Source of the DNA: Kiritimatiellia bacterium
Lineage (GTDB): Bacteria > Verrucomicrobiota > Kiritimatiellia > RFP12 > UBA1067
Reading direction: 5' to 3'
NCBI GenBank assembly: GCA_017385345.1
Contig: JAFNRY010000119.1
Location: forward strand, 1-24,734
Length of the DNA: 24,734 nucleotides
Below, in pieces: positions 8,361-16,204 of this stretch (its first letter is position 1; the number at the start of each line of letters is the position of its first letter). The notes beneath the pieces were generated by a model. The model made no database searches and was not told the origin of the DNA. It saw nothing but the letters and a program-made list of their open reading frames with translations. Made by a program: the position numbers and the translations under genes.

Positions 8361-10186
8361 TTGCCTTCGGAAACGGCGGCGGGAGCCCCGCCGGACGCGC
8401 CGCCCTCCATGCCGCGTATCTTGATGTGCAGTTCGCGCAGCTGCTGCTCGGTCACGTAGTTCGGCGCCCCCATGAGAAGATCCTGCGCCTTCTGGTTCAT
8501 CGGGAACGCTATGACTTCGCGGATGTTCGGCGTGTCGGCGAGAAGCATCACCATGCGATCGACGCCGGGCGCGATTCCGCCGTGCGGCGGCGCGCCGAAA
8601 CGGAACGCGCGATGCAGCGCCCCGAACTTCCTGACCACGTCGTCCTTCGTGTATCCAGCTATCTCGAACGCCTTGTACATCACCTCTATCTGGTGGTTGC
8701 GGATTGCGCCGGACGAAAGCTCTATGCCGTTGCACACCACGTCGTACTGGTACGCCTCGATCTCGAGCGGATTCTTCGTCTCGAGCGCCTCCAGCCCGCC
8801 CTGCGGCATCGAGAAGGGATTGTGCGAGAACACGATCTTCCCGGTTTCGGGATCGGTCTCGAAGAACGGGAAATCGACGATCCAGCAGAAGCGGTAGCAA
8901 TCCTTCTCGCGCGGATCTTCAGTCATGTGGGAGGCGATGTCGGTCCTGACGAGGCCGGAAAGCCTGTGGCATTCGTCCTTGGGCGCCGCCATGAAGAAAA
9001 GAGCGTCGCCGGGCTGGATTCCGCTTATGGCCTTCATCTCTTCGAGTTCTTCGGCGGTGAGGAACTTCGCGATCGGCCCCTTGAGCTCCCCTTCCTTCGT
9101 CCAGCTTATATAGCCGAGGCCCTTGCCGCCGTTCTCCTTGACGAACGCCTCGCGCTTGTCGAACCACGTGCGCGTTTCGACGCCCACGATTCCTTTGACG
9201 GGAAGTCCCTTCACGAGACCGCCGCCGGCCACGCAGGAAGCGAACGCCTTGAAGCCGGCCTTCGCGAAAAACGCCGACATGTCGATCCATTTGAGCGGGT
9301 TGCGCAGATCCGGCTTGTCAGTTCCGTACGTCATCATCGCGTCGCGGTACTTGATCCGCGGCCACGGCGCTTCGTTCGAACTCCACGTAGAGAACTTGCG
9401 GAACGTAGCGCCCACAACGTCTTCGACGACGGCGAATATCTCGTCCTGCGTCGCGTAGCTCATTTCGATGTCGAGCTGGTAGAACTCGCCCGGGCTGCGG
9501 TCGGCGCGCGCCGCTTCGTCGCGGAAGCACGGCGCTATCTGGAAATACCTGTCGAAGCCGGACGCCATGAGCAGCTGCTTGAACATCTGCGGAGCCTGCG
9601 GCAGGGCGTAGAACATTCCGCGATGCACGCGGCTCGGCACGAGATAGTCCCGCGCGCCTTCGGGCGACGATGCGGTCAATATCGGCGTCTGGAACTCGTT
9701 GAAGCCCTTCTCCCACATCTTCTCGCGCAGGAAGCGGATTACCTGCGAACGGAGGATTATGTTCTTGTGGAGCTTCTCGCGGCGCAGGTCGAGGAAGCGG
9801 TACTGCAGGCGCATCTCCTCGCTTTCGTCGCTCTTCTCGTCCGGCACGTATATCGGCGTCGTCTCGGAGGCGGATTCCACGACCAGTTCGTTCGCCTCGA
9901 TCTCGATCTCGCCGGTCGGCAGTTCGGGGTTGATCGTGTCGGGCGTGCGCAGTTTTACTTCACCCGTCACGGTGAACACCGTTTCAAGGTGGGCCTTCTC
10001 GACGGTCTGGAAGAAGCTGCGCGACGGATGCACCACTATCTGCGTAAGACCATAGTGGTCGCGCAGATCCACGAAAAGGATTCCGCCATGATCTCTCAAT
10101 CTGAACATCCATCCGGAAAGGCGGACCGTTTTACCGGCGTCCGCCGCGCGAAGTTCGTTGCAAGTATGCGTTCTGTAGGGATGCAT
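8357..10186 (-). CDS. aspS: Aspartate--tRNA ligase
   Basis: YRTHTC...RDHGG..FVDLRD anticodon domain; SPEGARDYLVPSR, ALPQAPQ, RYFQIAPCFRDE, EFYQLDIE and PPHGGIAPG. Start placed at MHPYRTHTC. Confidence 0.98.
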   Translation of the reverse strand: MHPYRTHTCNELRAADAGKTVRLSGWMFRLRDHGGILFVDLRDHYGLTQIVVHPSRSFFQTVEKAHLETVFTVTGEVKLRTPDTINPELPTGEIEIEANELVVESASETTPIYVPDEKSDESEEMRLQYRFLDLRREKLHKNIILRSQVIRFLREKMWEKGFNEFQTPILTASSPEGARDYLVPSRVHRGMFYALPQAPQMFKQLLMASGFDRYFQIAPCFRDEAARADRSPGEFYQLDIEMSYATQDEIFAVVEDVVGATFRKFSTWSSNEAPWPRIKYRDAMMTYGTDKPDLRNPLKWIDMSAFFAKAGFKAFASCVAGGGLVKGLPVKGIVGVETRTWFDKREAFVKENGGKGLGYISWTKEGELKGPIAKFLTAEELEEMKAISGIQPGDALFFMAAPKDECHRLSGLVRTDIASHMTEDPREKDCYRFCWIVDFPFFETDPETGKIVFSHNPFSMPQGGLEALETKNPLEIEAYQYDVVCNGIELSSGAIRNHQIEVMYKAFEIAGYTKDDVVRKFGALHRAFRFGAPPHGGIAPGVDRMVMLLADTPNIREVIAFPMNQKAQDLLMGAPNYVTEQQLRELHIKIRGMEGGASGGAPAAVSEGK

Positions 10187-10226
10187 CTGTCGTTCTCTTT
10201 CCATATGCTGTACGCGATTTCTATGT

Positions 10227-10235
10227 ATTATACCA
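10227..10235 (-). promoter_or_regulatory. Extended -10 (TGGTATAAT) for aspS
   Basis: TATAAT at 10232-10227, directly after the U-tract of the upstream terminator. Confidence 0.6.
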
Positions 10236-10267
10236 AAAAAGGGACGCGCGCCCCGCGGCGCGCGTCC
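10235..10267 (-). terminator. Rho-independent terminator of the 10294..11400 gene
   Basis: Perfect 11-bp stem ggacgcgcgcc / ggcgcgcgtcc, 4-nt loop, then cTTTTTT on the minus strand. Confidence 0.85.
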
Positions 10268-10293
10268 TCCTTTCCCGTAACGGAACTGCGGCT

Positions 10294-11400
10294 TTACTCG
10301 CCGGCCGGAACCGTTATCTTGATTGTGGCGGGCTTCGCTCTGTAGAACTTCTTCGCCGCGCCGGCTGTCGTGAAGTCGGTCTCCGTATCGGCGTCGCGCC
10401 ACCCTTCGGCGTCCGCGATATCGGAGTTCACCGAGAACTCCACCGTTACCTCGTAGCCTTCGAGGTGCGGAAGTTCGACCGTTACCGTAGTGCCCTCGAT
10501 CTTGATCACAGGCGTCAACTCGTCCGCCAGTTCGCCCGTGGTCGCATCGAGCAGGCCGAGCGCGTAGGCCGTGGCGTAGTTTACGGGAGTGCCTCCGATC
10601 GTGCCGGCGACGTCCACGGGGGCGAGGTTGAGGTTCTCCAGGAACGCGACGCCCGCCGCGTCAAGCTCGAAGATGGTGCCGTCCGGGCTCGTATAGCCGG
10701 CGGGAGCCACCGGCGCGAAACCGATGTTGTCTATCGTGCCGTAGCCTTCGAACTCTATGCGGGAAATCTGCTGCGACTGGACCAACGACGGAAACTCGGA
10801 AACGCCGTTGACATCCGCCACCTCGCTTCCGTCTATGGTGAACTTGAACACGAGCGAATCGCCGCTCTTGGACGCGACGGCAACAATATCGTGCATCGCT
10901 TCATAGTCGAAGGACGCCGGAACGGAGAGAGTGTATGTCTCGGATTCGAGACTTCCTTCGACGAACTTTCCGGCGCGAATGTAGAGGTTTGTCGTCTCTC
11001 CAGACGCCCCGGCCCAGATAGCGAACTTCGTGTCGCCGTCGAAATCCGGAATGTCTTCGTCGCAGACGTTGAACACGATGCTGCTCTTGATTTCAAGGCC
11101 CGTGTCGCCAACATCGACAGCGCTCGTCTCGCCGTCCGCGGCCGCCGTGCCGGCGGCATAACGCTTGACGACGCCTTCGTTGTCTATCTGGAGCGCGAGA
11201 TTGCCCTCGCCGATATCGACGATCTCTCCTGTCTTCGACGGCGTCGCACGCCAGAAATACAACTGATTCTCGACAAACGTCGAAGCATCGAACGCGCCCA
11301 AGGTCGCGCCGTCGAACGTAGTGAGATTGGCTTCACTCAACGTTTCGGCTCCTGCCGCGAACGCCATCGCCGCCGCAAATCCTGCAATCGCTCTCTTCAT
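10294..11400 (-). CDS. Uncharacterised secreted beta-rich protein (probable LamG/ConA-like domain plus C-terminal module), 368 aa
   Basis: AGGAGG 6 nt before ATG 11400 and signal peptide MKRAIAGFAAAMAFAAGA. Acidic and beta-strand rich; FTIDG and ISRIEFEGYGTIDNIGF resemble the ends of lectin-like sandwiches. Confidence 0.75.
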   Translation of the reverse strand: MKRAIAGFAAAMAFAAGAETLSEANLTTFDGATLGAFDASTFVENQLYFWRATPSKTGEIVDIGEGNLALQIDNEGVVKRYAAGTAAADGETSAVDVGDTGLEIKSSIVFNVCDEDIPDFDGDTKFAIWAGASGETTNLYIRAGKFVEGSLESETYTLSVPASFDYEAMHDIVAVASKSGDSLVFKFTIDGSEVADVNGVSEFPSLVQSQQISRIEFEGYGTIDNIGFAPVAPAGYTSPDGTIFELDAAGVAFLENLNLAPVDVAGTIGGTPVNYATAYALGLLDATTGELADELTPVIKIEGTTVTVELPHLEGYEVTVEFSVNSDIADAEGWRDADTETDFTTAGAAKKFYRAKPATIKITVPAGE

Positions 11401-11459
11401 CGTCATCCTCCTGATGTTGTCACCCCGGAACGGAGACGTCCATTCTCCATCCGAACCGC

Positions 11460-11494
11460 ATTCTACCACATTCCCCGCTCCCCCACAAGGGGGA
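11460..11494 (-). promoter_or_regulatory. Sigma70-type promoter TTGTGG-N17-TAGAAT with a TCCCCC-N4-GGGGGA palindrome over the -35
   Basis: Read directly from the sequence; a near-identical copy lies at 19890-19924. Confidence 0.7.
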
Positions 11495-11542
11495 TTTTCA
11501 AATCGCATCCTGGAAACTCACTCTTGGTTTCGGCATCGCGAA

Positions 11543-11553
11543 TGTGCTATAAT
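11543..11553 (+). promoter_or_regulatory. Extended -10 (TGTGCTATAAT) for the toxin-antitoxin operon
   Basis: Consensus TATAAT with TG extension, 44 nt before ATG 11598. Confidence 0.7.
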
Positions 11554-11597
11554 CGGCATCGATTTCAGTACCGTGAAGAAGCTGAAAGGAGCAAGCG

Positions 11598-11849
11598 ATG
11601 ATAGCGACAATACCAGCACAAGAGGTCAAACGGCGCGGAATGAGCGCGCTGAACGAGCAGTTGAAGGACGGCCCGGTATGGATCATCGCCAACAACACGC
11701 CAAAATACGTTGTCCTTTTCGCCGACGATTTCCGTCGCATGAGGCACGAAGCGTTCGTGGAAGGCTGCCTCCGGTCCGATGCGGAATGCCGCGCAGGGCT
11801 TGCCGCGCCCGCTACGGTCGAGGGGTTGATGTCGGCTTTCGACGAATAA
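11598..11849 (+). CDS. Type II antitoxin, Phd/YefM-like
   Basis: TIPAQEVKRRG...GPVWIIANNTPKYVVL fits the Phd N-terminal fold pattern. Acidic C-terminus; lies directly upstream of a RelE-like toxin. Confidence 0.8.
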   Translation: MIATIPAQEVKRRGMSALNEQLKDGPVWIIANNTPKYVVLFADDFRRMRHEAFVEGCLRSDAECRAGLAAPATVEGLMSAFDE

Positions 11850-11860
11850 GAACGGCGACG

Positions 11861-12136
11861 ATGTACGCATTGAAGCAGACGCCGTATTTCGCCCGTGCTT
11901 TCAAGCGTTTCGCCAAGCGGCACCCGGAACTGCGGGACGCGACCCGAACGACATTGAACACTCTCAGGGAGAATCCGTTTGCGCCGTCGCTGCGGTTGCA
12001 CCCGCTGACTGGCAGACTTGAAGGGAAACAGGCGGTAAGCGTCAACTACGCCTACCGCATCGTCCTGTGCGTGGAGATTGCCGGACATGAAGTCGTCCTT
12101 CACAACATCGGCTCGCATGACGAAGTTTACGGTTGA
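11861..12136 (+). CDS. Type II toxin, RelE/StbE (YafQ-like) mRNA interferase, 91 aa
   Basis: FARAFKRF...NPFAPSLRLHPLTGRLEG...YRIV...NIGSHDEVY. True start is ATG 11861 within track ORF 11321..12136. Confidence 0.88.
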   Translation: MYALKQTPYFARAFKRFAKRHPELRDATRTTLNTLRENPFAPSLRLHPLTGRLEGKQAVSVNYAYRIVLCVEIAGHEVVLHNIGSHDEVYG

Positions 12137-12200
12137 ACCGGATGTCGCCGTTCAAGACGCCGGTCGCGACATCCGCTGACAGCCGCGATCATCGCGGCGC

Positions 12201-12230
12201 TTGGTGCAACCATCTCCCATTTGGTATAAT
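12201..12230 (+). promoter_or_regulatory. Promoter for adk-map (TTGGTG-N18-TATAAT, extended TG)
   Basis: TGGTATAAT ends 10 nt before ATG 12241. Confidence 0.6.
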
Positions 12231-12240
12231 TCCGGACATC

Positions 12241-12885
12241 ATGGACATAGTGATACTGCTTGGGGCGCCCGGCTCCGGCAAGGGGACCGTGGCGGCCGCC
12301 CTCGCCGGCCGCGGCGGATCGTTCAACCACGTCTCCACCGGAGAACTGCTCCGCGCCGCGGTGGCAAAAGGGACGCCGGCCGGCGTCGAGGCGAAGTCCT
12401 ACATGGATTCCGGCTCCCTCGTTCCGGACGCCGTCGTCGCGCAAATGGTGAAAGATGTCGTAGATGCCGCCTCGGGCGACGCGGCGACGATGCTTCTTGA
12501 CGGCTTCCCCCGCAACCTCGCGCAGGCGGAAATCCTCGAGAAGATGGGCGCGCCGGTGAAGAAAGCAGTCCTCATCGACGTGCCGGACGGAATAATCCAG
12601 GACCGGATAGCGGGGCGCCGCACGTGCCCGAAATGCAAAGCCGGATACCATGTCAAGAACCTGCCGCCGAAGGTCGAAGGCGTCTGCGACAAGTGCGGCG
12701 CGCAGCTGACGGTGCGCAAGGACGACAATCCGGAGACCGTCCGCGACAGGCTCGCCGTCTATCACCGCGAGACCGAACCGCTCGTCGCGTTCTATGAAAA
12801 CAAGGGCCTGCTGGCGCGCATCGACGGCACGCGCGGCGTTGAGGCCACGTGCAAGGCGTTCGTCGAAGCCGCGGGGCTGAAGTGA
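12241..12885 (+). CDS. adk: Adenylate kinase with a Zn-binding LID domain
   Basis: LLGAPGSGKGT P-loop, HVSTGELLR, LLDGFPRN, LID CPKC...CDKC and RKDDNPE. Confidence 0.97.
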   Translation: MDIVILLGAPGSGKGTVAAALAGRGGSFNHVSTGELLRAAVAKGTPAGVEAKSYMDSGSLVPDAVVAQMVKDVVDAASGDAATMLLDGFPRNLAQAEILEKMGAPVKKAVLIDVPDGIIQDRIAGRRTCPKCKAGYHVKNLPPKVEGVCDKCGAQLTVRKDDNPETVRDRLAVYHRETEPLVAFYENKGLLARIDGTRGVEATCKAFVEAAGLK

Positions 12886-13651
12886 AAATAGACATAAAAA
12901 GCAAGGCCGAAATCGACCGCATGCGCGAAGCGTGCAGGATGAGCGCCGAAATACGCGACATCTGCGCCTCGGCCGTCGCTCCGGGCGTCTCCACGGGCGA
13001 AATCGACGCGCTCGTCGCCAATTACTGCGAGAAAAACAAGGTAAAGGCGAGTTTCTACCGCTATGAAGGCTTCCCCGGCCACATCTGCGTCTCGATAAAC
13101 GACGAAGTCATCCACGGGATTCCAAAGGCCCACAGGCTGATCATGCCGGGCGATCTCGTCAAAACCGACGTCGGCATCATGAAAAACGGCTTCCACGGCG
13201 ACACTTCGAGAACCGTGGCCGTGGGCGTTACCGATCCGGAGACGCTGCGCCTCGTGGAAACCACGAAGAAGTGCCTCGCCGCCGGACTCGCGGCGTGCGG
13301 CCCCGGGGTGCACCTCGGCGACGTCGGCCACGCCATCGAACAGGTCGCCCTCGACGCCGGCTTCGGCGTCGTGCGCGGCTGGATCGGCCACGGCGTCGGG
13401 CGGACCGTCCACGAAGACCCGCAGGTTCCGAACTACGGAACCCCGGGCACCAAGACGATCCTCAGCCGGGCATGACCATCGCTATCGAGCCGATGATCAC
13501 GATGACCAAGGCCGGGGAACAGACGGACGTGCTCGCAGACGGCTGGACCGTCGTCACGCGCGACAGATGCCTCGCCGCGCATTTCGAGCACACGGTCGCG
13601 ATAACCGACGACGGATGCGAGGTTCTTACTTTGCCGGCGGACTATCCCTGA
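12882..13651 (+). pseudogene. map: Type I methionine aminopeptidase with a 1-bp frameshift near 13464 (real lesion or sequencing error)
   Basis: Frame A (GTG 12882) gives CVSINDEVIHGIP, DVG, GFHGDTSRT and GHGVGRTVHEDP, then stops at 13475. The rest (PGMTIAIEPM...DGWTVVT...AHFEHTVAIT) is in the frame of ORF 13271..13651. Confidence 0.9.
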
Positions 13652-13739
13652 AGTCCCGCAGCCCGAAGGCGCTCTGGTCGAATGGCGGCTGATTGCTGCG
13701 GGGCGGATTTTCCGCCGGCGTTCTGTTGAAAGAGGAAAC

Positions 13740-13943
13740 ATGGTACGTATCGACATTGAAAACTGCAAAGGCTGCGGGCTCTGCGTCGCGGCCTGCCCGA
13801 AGAAGTGCCTCGAAATCGGCGACGGGCTCAACTCGATGGGCGTGAAAGCCGTGCGCTACAAAGGCGAAGGCTGCATAAGCTGCGGAATATGCTTCATGAA
13901 CTGCCCGGAGCCGTACGCGCTGAAGGTGGAAAAGGACTCGTGA
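13740..13943 (+). CDS. 2x[4Fe-4S] dicluster ferredoxin resembling 2-oxoacid:ferredoxin oxidoreductase delta subunits
   Basis: CKGCGLCVAACP and CISCGICFMNCPE motifs; AGAGG RBS. Confidence 0.9.
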   Translation: MVRIDIENCKGCGLCVAACPKKCLEIGDGLNSMGVKAVRYKGEGCISCGICFMNCPEPYALKVEKDS

Positions 13944-14725
13944 CGTCCGCGCTTCTGCGCAGGCTGGCCGCCGAATACGAGACGGCGGCGTTTCTCGAAG
14001 ACGACCCGTCCCGCTTCATGCACCTCGCTTCGGGAGCAAAGGCGCGCGAAGCGGCCGCTTTCGCCGCGGCCGCCCTTTCCTTCGGCTCGAGACCGGTTTT
14101 CATGCGCAAAATCGACGAACTGTTCCGCCTCGCCGCCGGCAACATCGACGCCTGGACGAGGAACGGAGACTTTGAGAAGGTCTTCGCCGCGAACGACGGC
14201 GCCTGCTTCTACAGATTCTTCACCCGCGGCGACATGCACGGCTTCTTCTCGCGCTACCGCGAAATACTCCGGGAGCACGGCTCCCTCGGCGCGCTCGTAC
14301 GCGAATCGCTCGGCGGCTCCTCCGACGGCGCGGCGGCTGCGGCGGCGATCGTCGCCGCTTTCGGCGGGCGCTGCAAGCCGATCCCCAAAAGCGCCGCCTC
14401 CGCCTGCAAACGGATATGCATGTTCCTGCGCTGGATGGTACGCGACGGCTCCCCGGTCGATCTCGGCCTGTGGTCGGACTTCATAGACAAAAGGACTCTG
14501 CCGGCGCCGCTCGACGTCCATGCGATGCGCCAGGCGGAACGCCTCGGCCTGCTGCGCGGAAGACATCCGTCCATGAAAACCGCGATGGAACTTTCCTCCG
14601 CGCTGCGGCGCGCATTCCCCGGCGACCCGCTGAAGGGCGATTTCGCCCTCTTCGGCTACGGCGTCAACGCTCCCCGCGGAGAGCGGGGTCGAGCCGGTCG
14701 CGAAGCCAGTCCGCGAGGTGGTTGA
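13940..14725 (+). CDS. TIGR02757/DUF2400 family protein
   Basis: DDPSRFMH, SACKRICMFLRWMVR, VDLGLW, PLDVH and DPLKGDFALFGYG. GTG at 13940 overlaps the ferredoxin stop. Confidence 0.85.
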   Translation: MTSALLRRLAAEYETAAFLEDDPSRFMHLASGAKAREAAAFAAAALSFGSRPVFMRKIDELFRLAAGNIDAWTRNGDFEKVFAANDGACFYRFFTRGDMHGFFSRYREILREHGSLGALVRESLGGSSDGAAAAAAIVAAFGGRCKPIPKSAASACKRICMFLRWMVRDGSPVDLGLWSDFIDKRTLPAPLDVHAMRQAERLGLLRGRHPSMKTAMELSSALRRAFPGDPLKGDFALFGYGVNAPRGERGRAGREASPRGG

Positions 14726-15497
14726 AGGACAGCACGAGGACGAAGATCGCCATCGTGGTGAAAGCCATTTCCCACCACACCCCCTGCCACAGGCGCATGC
14801 GAGCGTTGTTTATCATTACGCCCCAGCTCGGCTCGCCCTGCACGCCTATGCCGAGAAACGAAATGAACACTTCCGTGGAGACGGCCGCGGGAAAGCGTAT
14901 CGAAAACTGGATCAGGATGATATGCGCCACGTTCGGCAGTATGTGGCGGAACATTATCCTCGCGTGCGAGTAGCCGAGGGTCTTCGCCGCCGCGACGTAC
15001 GCGCGCGACGCCTGCTTCATCGTCTCGGCCCGTATCGTGCGGCAAACCCCCACCCACGTCGTGAAGCCTATGCCAATGTATATCCCGGCAAGCCCCTGCC
15101 CGACGACGAGGGAAATGGCCAGTATGAACAACAGCCCCGGCATGGACGCGACAGTGGCCGATATCCACACCACGAACGAATCGACCTTCCCGCCGAAATA
15201 GCCGCCGAGAAGCCCCAATACGACGCCGAGCGGTATGGCGATAAGCGAAGTCATGATGCCGACGTGAAAGGCGATTCTCGCGCCCTGCACGAGCCGCAGC
15301 GAAACCGGCCGTCCGAGGTTGTCGGTGCCCATCCAATGCCCGGGTCCGGGCGGGAGGTAGCGGCTTTCGAGATGGACTTTGTTGTATTCGGGCGTCACGT
15401 CCGCCGCGCGGGCGGCGCGATACTGCACTTCGCCGTACATCGCCGCCGCCAGATAGAGGGCGAGGGCCGCGAAGCAGAGTTTCACCGAAAGTCTCAT
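14664..15497 (-). CDS. Peptide/nickel ABC transporter permease, OppC/DppC-like
   Basis: HWMGTDNLGR, EAA-loop variant YVAAAKTLGYSHARIMFRHILPN, FISFLGIG...PSWG and D-x-L-R-D-x-L-D-P. Confidence 0.92.
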   Translation of the reverse strand: MRLSVKLCFAALALYLAAAMYGEVQYRAARAADVTPEYNKVHLESRYLPPGPGHWMGTDNLGRPVSLRLVQGARIAFHVGIMTSLIAIPLGVVLGLLGGYFGGKVDSFVVWISATVASMPGLLFILAISLVVGQGLAGIYIGIGFTTWVGVCRTIRAETMKQASRAYVAAAKTLGYSHARIMFRHILPNVAHIILIQFSIRFPAAVSTEVFISFLGIGVQGEPSWGVMINNARMRLWQGVWWEMAFTTMAIFVLVLSFNHLADWLRDRLDPALRGER

Positions 15498-16198
15498 GCG
15501 CCGGTCCGGCCCCCGGCGGCGCGCGCCGCGCCGTATTCCGCGGGAAGCGCCGCAAGAAGAGCCTCCACCGTCTCTTCAAGCGTCAAATCGCTCGAATCGA
15601 TCTCGACAGCGCCATCCGCCTTTCTCAGCGGCGCGTACTTGCGGCTCGAATCCATCGCATCGCGCGCGGCAAGAGCCGCCTTGACTTCCTCGCGCGTGCG
15701 CCCGGCAATGCCCTTCCCGGCCTCCTGACGCCGACGCCGCTCGGCTCGCGCCTCGGCGGACGCCGTAAGATAGAACCTCGCCGGCGAATCGGGAAACACC
15801 GCCGTCGTTATATCGCGCCCTTCCACCACTATGTCGCCGAGGGCGGCGAGCGACCTCAGCATCGCCGTCACCTTGTCCCGGACCGGCTTCTCGCGCGCAA
15901 CTTTCGACGCATTCTCGTCTATCTGCGGAGTGCGGATCCTGTCGCCTGGCGCCTCGCCGTCCACGAAAAACGCAACCCTGCCCGCCTCTGGCCTCGCCTC
16001 GATCGATATCTCTTCCGCAGCCTTGGCAATCGCCGCGGGATCGCCGGTATCGACCCCGCGCTCGAGACACTGCCAGGTGACAATGCGGTACAACGCCCCC
16101 GAATCGACATGGAGAAAACCGAGCCTCTCGCCCACTATGCGCGAAACCGTGGATTTGCCGGCGCCCCCCGGCCCGTCTATGGCTATGACCTTTCCCAT
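15494..16198 (-). CDS. cmk: Cytidylate kinase
   Basis: IAIDGPGGAGKST, DSGALYR, VVEGRDI, FYLTASAEARAERR and RDAMDSSR. Confidence 0.97.
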   Translation of the reverse strand: MGKVIAIDGPGGAGKSTVSRIVGERLGFLHVDSGALYRIVTWQCLERGVDTGDPAAIAKAAEEISIEARPEAGRVAFFVDGEAPGDRIRTPQIDENASKVAREKPVRDKVTAMLRSLAALGDIVVEGRDITTAVFPDSPARFYLTASAEARAERRRRQEAGKGIAGRTREEVKAALAARDAMDSSRKYAPLRKADGAVEIDSSDLTLEETVEALLAALPAEYGAARAAGGRTGA

Positions 16199-16204
16199 TC
16201 CCGA

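Noticed and set aside
13455-13480. Programmed ribosomal frameshift in map
   Set aside because: No X-XXY-YYZ slippery heptamer or clear stimulatory structure at the switch point, and no precedent I know of for map.
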